DNA of 2,827 nucleotides from Enterobacteria phage CUS-3: sequence record FN394990.1; one strand, 5' to 3'. Shown piece by piece: positions 1 to 2,827 of this stretch (position 1 is its first letter; each line of letters starts with the position of its first letter). The notes under the pieces were generated by a model. It saw only the letters and a program-made list of their open reading frames with translations, ran no database searches and was not told where the DNA came from. The position numbers and the translations under genes were made by a program.

Positions 1-543
1 ATGGCGCGCCCAACAAAGTATCAAGAGGCGTATGCCGAACAGGCACGCAAACTGTGCTTGCTGGGCTACACCGATGCAGAGCTTGCTGATTTCTTCGAAG
101 TCAGTGAGTCAACTATTAACAAGTGGAAGCTTGATTATCCTGAGTTTTCGGAGTCCATAAAAAAGGGTAAGGCCGTCGCTGATGCAGAAGTTAGTGACCG
201 TCTTTATCAACGCGCTATGGGCTTCGTGGCTCCAGACATCGATATTCGTGTTATTGAAAACAGAATTGTCGAAACTCCTCTTGAGAAGTATTACCCGCCT
301 GATACAACAGCTGCCATCTTCTGGCTTAAGAACCGACAGAAGGATAAATGGCGCGACAAGGTTGATCACGAGCTAACAGGCAAAGACGGCGGCGCAATCC
401 AGATTGAAACATCACCGATGAGCACTCTATTCGGAAAANNNNNNNNNNNNNNNNNNNNNNNNNNNNNNNNNNNNNNNNNNNNNNNNNNNNNNNNNNNNNN
501 NNNNNNNNNNNNNNNNNNNNNNNNNNNNNNNNNNNNNNTCTGA
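1..543 (+). CDS. Phage terminase small subunit (TerS-like) with N-terminal helix-turn-helix DNA-binding domain; true 3' end lies in or just after masked gap 439-538
   Basis: Frame-1 ORF opens at ATG 1. The 146 visible residues (MARPTKYQEAYAEQARKLCLLGYTDAELADFFEVSESTINKWK...AAIFWLKNRQKDKWRDKVDHELTGKDGGAIQIETSPMSTLFGK) have the layout I recognise for Sf6-like small terminases: short HTH (GYTDAELADFFEVSESTINKWK), basic central region, W/K/R-rich oligomerisation segment. The first in-frame stop (TGA 541-543) comes after the mask, so the real stop is not visible. The start of the window coincides with the ATG, so no RBS can be assessed. Confidence 0.65.
   Translation: MARPTKYQEAYAEQARKLCLLGYTDAELADFFEVSESTINKWKLDYPEFSESIKKGKAVADAEVSDRLYQRAMGFVAPDIDIRVIENRIVETPLEKYYPPDTTAAIFWLKNRQKDKWRDKVDHELTGKDGGAIQIETSPMSTLFGKXXXXXXXXXXXXXXXXXXXXXXXXXXXXXXXXXX
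64..129 (+). other. Predicted helix-turn-helix DNA-binding motif within the TerS-like protein
   Basis: Residues 22-43 (GYTDAELADFFEVSESTINKWK) follow the helix, glycine/turn, recognition-helix pattern (hydrophobic ELA..F, then S.STI..W) typical of small-terminase and other phage HTH domains. Pattern recognition only. Confidence 0.45.
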
Positions 544-1762
544 GCCATGTGTAAAATATTATGATGGCATTCTGTATCTGACGACCAGGGGGACATTAAG
601 TACTCAACCCGGTAGTTCATTGCACAGAAGCTCTGATTTAGGTACATCATGGAATTCTCTTCGCTTCCCAAATAATGTTCATCACTCAAACCTTCCTTTT
701 GCCAAAGTTGGCGATGAGCTGATTATTTTTGGCAGTGAGCGCGCATTTGGTGAGTGGGAAGGAGGAGAACCTGATAACCGTTATGCAGGAAACTATCCAA
801 GAACATTTATGACCAGAGTTAACGTCAATGAGTGGAGTCTGGATAATGTAGAGTGGGTTAATGTTACTGATCAGATTTATCAGGGCGGAATAGTTAACTC
901 TGCGGTTGGTGTTGGTTCAGTTTGTATCAAAGACAACTGGCTGTACTACATTTTCGGTGGGGAAGACTTTCTAAACCCATGGAGCATAGGGGATAACAAC
1001 AGAAAATATCCTTATGTTCACGATGGTCACNNNNNNNNNNNNNNNNNNNNNNNNNNNNNNNNNNNNNNNNNNNNNNNNNNNNNNNNNNNNNNNNNNNNNN
1101 NNNNNNNNNNNNNNNNNNNNNNNNNNNNNNNNNNNNNNNNNNNNNNNNNNNNNNNNNNNNNNNNNNNNNNNNNNNNNNNNNNNNNNNNNNNNNNNNNNNN
1201 NNNNNNNNNNNNNNNNNNNNNNNNNNNNNNNNNNNNNNNNNNNNNNNNNNNNNNNNNNNNNNNNNNNNNNNNNNNNNNNNNNNNNNNNNNNNNNNNNNNN
1301 NNNNNNNNNNNNNNNNNNNNNAGCGGCGGTGAAACAACGTCTTCAGCAGATGGTGCAATGATAACGTTGCATGGTTCCAGAAGCAGTACTCCACGTCGCG
1401 CGGTATATAACGCACTCGAACATCTTTTTGAGAACGGAGATGTTAAACCTTATCTTGATAATGTAAATGCTCTTGGTGGTCCGGGAAACAGGTTCTCGAT
1501 AGTTTATCTTGGCTCCAATCCTGTGGTTACCAGTGACGGAACATTAAAGACAGAGCCGGTCTCTCCTGACGAAACATTGCTGGATGCCTGGGGTGACGTC
1601 AGGTATATCGCTTATAAATGGCTGAACGCTGTCGCTATAAAGGGGGAAGAAGGGGCGAGGATACATCATGGTGTAATCGCGCAGCAACTTCGTGATGTTC
1701 TTATTTCTCACGGACTCATGGAAGAAGAAAGCACAACATGCCGCTATGCCTTTCTTTGCTAT
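539..1762 (+). CDS. Tailspike/tail-fibre protein fragment: sialidase-like beta-propeller segment with Asp-box, stalk, and C-terminal intramolecular chaperone (peptidase S74-like) domain; 5' end missing or masked, 97 internal codons masked (1031-1321), 3' end in masked gap 1763-2179
   Basis: Frame 2 has no stop in either visible segment (539-1030 and 1322-1762), and the 291-nt mask between them is exactly 97 codons. Segment 1 (SEPCVKYYDGILYLTTRG...SSDLGTSW...GEDFLNPWSIGDNNRKYPYVHDGH) contains an S-x-D-x-G-x-S-W Asp-box. Segment 2 (SGGETTSSADGAMITLHGS...GPGNRFSIVYLGSNPVVTSDGTLKTEPVSPDETLLDAWGDVRYIAYKWLNAVAIKGEEGARIHHGVIAQQLRDVLISHGLMEEE...) matches the conserved C-terminal chaperone domain of endosialidases and many enterobacterial phage tail fibres. 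The six-frame track missed this frame because no ATG-initiated ORF is defined. Confidence 0.75.
629..652 (+). other. Asp-box (bacterial neuraminidase repeat) motif S-S-D-L-G-T-S-W in the tailspike
   Basis: Codons agc tct gat tta ggt aca tca tgg translate to SSDLGTSW, matching the S-x-D-x-G-x-[T/S]-W Asp-box found on beta-propeller blades of sialidases and endosialidases. Confidence 0.5.
1532..1549 (+). other. Predicted autoproteolytic Ser-x4-Lys dyad (S-D-G-T-L-K) at the start of the S74-like chaperone domain
   Basis: Ser codon 1532-1534 and Lys codon 1547-1549 are spaced five residues apart, directly after the GNRFSIVYLGSNPVVT stalk-end motif and before the conserved LLDAWGDVRYIAYKW block. 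This is the position where endosialidase and T5-type tail-fibre chaperone domains cleave themselves off. The dyad spacing is from memory of the S74 family. Confidence 0.5.
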
Positions 1763-2179
1763 NNNNNNNNNNNNNNNNNNNNNNNNNNNNNNNNNNNNNN
1801 NNNNNNNNNNNNNNNNNNNNNNNNNNNNNNNNNNNNNNNNNNNNNNNNNNNNNNNNNNNNNNNNNNNNNNNNNNNNNNNNNNNNNNNNNNNNNNNNNNNN
1901 NNNNNNNNNNNNNNNNNNNNNNNNNNNNNNNNNNNNNNNNNNNNNNNNNNNNNNNNNNNNNNNNNNNNNNNNNNNNNNNNNNNNNNNNNNNNNNNNNNNN
2001 NNNNNNNNNNNNNNNNNNNNNNNNNNNNNNNNNNNNNNNNNNNNNNNNNNNNNNNNNNNNNNNNNNNNNNNNNNNNNNNNNNNNNNNNNNNNNNNNNNNN
2101 NNNNNNNNNNNNNNNNNNNNNNNNNNNNNNNNNNNNNNNNNNNNNNNNNNNNNNNNNNNNNNNNNNNNNNNNNNNNNNN

Positions 2180-2827
2180 ATGTTGTTTTCCGTTGATGAT
2201 AATGGGTCAGGTAATGTTTTTGTATGTGGAGATCTTGTAAATAGCAAAGAGAATAAAGTTCAGTTCAATGGAAACAATAACAAACTTATTATAGAAGATG
2301 ATGTTGAGTGTCGATGGCTTACCGTAATATTTAGGGGTGATAATAATTACGTAAGAATACATAAAAACAGTAAGATTAAAGGTGATATTGTCGCAACAAA
2401 AGGTTCAAAAGTTATTATCGGTAGAAGAACGACAATAGGTGCAGGTTTTGAAGTCGTCACTGATAAGTGCAATGTTACAATTGGCCATGACTGCATGATA
2501 GCAAGAGATGTTATTTTGCGTGCATCAGATGGGCATCCTATATTTGATATTCATAGCAAAAAAAGGATTAATTGGGCAAAAGATATCATTATATCTAGTT
2601 ACGTATGGGTAGGGAGAAATGTCTCTATAATGAAAGGAGTATCTGTTGGAAGCGGATCTGTCATTGGGTATGGGAGTATTGTAACTAAAGATGTGCCATC
2701 TATGTGTGCAGCAGCCGGTAATCCAGCAAAAATAATAAAAAGAAATATAATATGGGCAAGAACGGATAAAGCGGAGCTAATTAGTGATGACAAGAGATGC
2801 TCCAGCTATCATGCGAAGCTCACGCAA
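2180..2827 (+). CDS. neuO: Hexapeptide-repeat (left-handed beta-helix) O-acetyltransferase, NeuO-like candidate polysialic-acid O-acetyltransferase; 3' end beyond window, true 5' end may lie in masked gap 1763-2179
   Basis: Frame 2 is open from ATG 2180 to the window end (216 codons, no stop). The translation has imperfect hexapeptide repeats (VIIGRRTTIGAGFEVV, VTIGHDCMIARDVIL) and the C-terminal signature of NodL/LacA/maltose-acetyltransferase-type enzymes (YVWVGRNVSIMKGVSVGSGSVIGYGSIVTKDVPSMCAAAGNPAKIIKRNI). It is AT-rich and sits immediately downstream of an endosialidase-like tailspike, as neuO does in prophage CUS-3. The gene symbol rests on this context and is not verified by alignment. 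Confidence 0.6.
   Translation, partial: MLFSVDDNGSGNVFVCGDLVNSKENKVQFNGNNNKLIIEDDVECRWLTVIFRGDNNYVRIHKNSKIKGDIVATKGSKVIIGRRTTIGAGFEVVTDKCNVTIGHDCMIARDVILRASDGHPIFDIHSKKRINWAKDIIISSYVWVGRNVSIMKGVSVGSGSVIGYGSIVTKDVPSMCAAAGNPAKIIKRNIIWARTDKAELISDDKRCSSYHAKLTQ

Noticed and set aside
159-165. A AAA AAG heptamer in the terS zero frame, identical to the classic -1 slippery site
   Set aside because: A -1 shift would hit TAA at 168-170 almost immediately. No downstream stem-loop or pseudoknot is apparent, and Lys-Lys codon pairs are common, so this is most likely coincidental.
109-689. Minus-strand ORFs 109-369 (86 aa) and 366-689 (107 aa), plus the +-strand frame-2 ORF 182-376 (64 aa)
   Set aside because: They lie inside or antisense to the well-supported terS and tailspike coding frames, their translations have no recognisable motifs, and 366-689 is partly built from masked N codons.
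906-917. Short direct repeat gttggt gttggt
   Set aside because: It encodes V-G-V-G within the tailspike beta-strand region and is too short to be a meaningful repeat element.
927-1415. Minus-strand ORF 927-1415 (162 aa) and +-strand frame-3 ORF 1014-1361 (115 aa)
   Set aside because: Both consist mostly of N-derived X codons spanning mask 1031-1321. The real coding frame here is + frame 2 (tailspike).
1692-2247. ORFs 1692-2240 (+), 1738-2196 (+) and 1759-2247 (-) spanning the third mask
   Set aside because: Artefacts of treating N runs as open codons. The visible flanks are out of frame with the supported tailspike and acetyltransferase frames.
2558-2564. A7 homopolymer tract inside the acetyltransferase CDS
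   Set aside because: Seven residues is short for a slipped-strand contingency tract, and it is expected by chance in such AT-rich, lysine-rich coding sequence.
2599-2793. Minus-strand 64-aa hydrophobic ORF antisense to the acetyltransferase
   Set aside because: It is fully embedded antisense in a strongly supported hexapeptide-repeat CDS. Its hydrophobic translation is the expected by-product of reading an AT-rich beta-helix gene in reverse.

Overview
2,827-nt window with three N-masked gaps (439-538, 1031-1321, 1763-2179) that hide every gene boundary. All supportable coding is on the + strand and looks phage-derived: (1) a small terminase (TerS-like) gene with an N-terminal helix-turn-helix; (2) an internal-to-C-terminal fragment of a tailspike/tail-fibre gene carrying a sialidase-type Asp-box and a C-terminal intramolecular chaperone (peptidase S74-like) domain with a Ser-x4-Lys dyad; (3) an AT-rich hexapeptide-repeat (left-handed beta-helix) O-acetyltransferase running off the 3' end of the window. 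The tailspike-plus-acetyltransferase pair resembles the capsule-recognition and capsule-modification module of E. coli K1 prophage CUS-3 (endosialidase tailspike followed by phase-variable neuO); this is a known system, not a new one, and the neuO identification is from memory of that locus, not from a database match. The one structurally odd point is that the terminase gene sits about 100 nt from the interior of the tailspike gene, with no large terminase, portal, capsid or tail genes between them. All minus-strand ORFs in the track are antisense or mask artefacts. No RNA genes, CRISPR arrays, or visible promoters/terminators (intergenic regions are masked).
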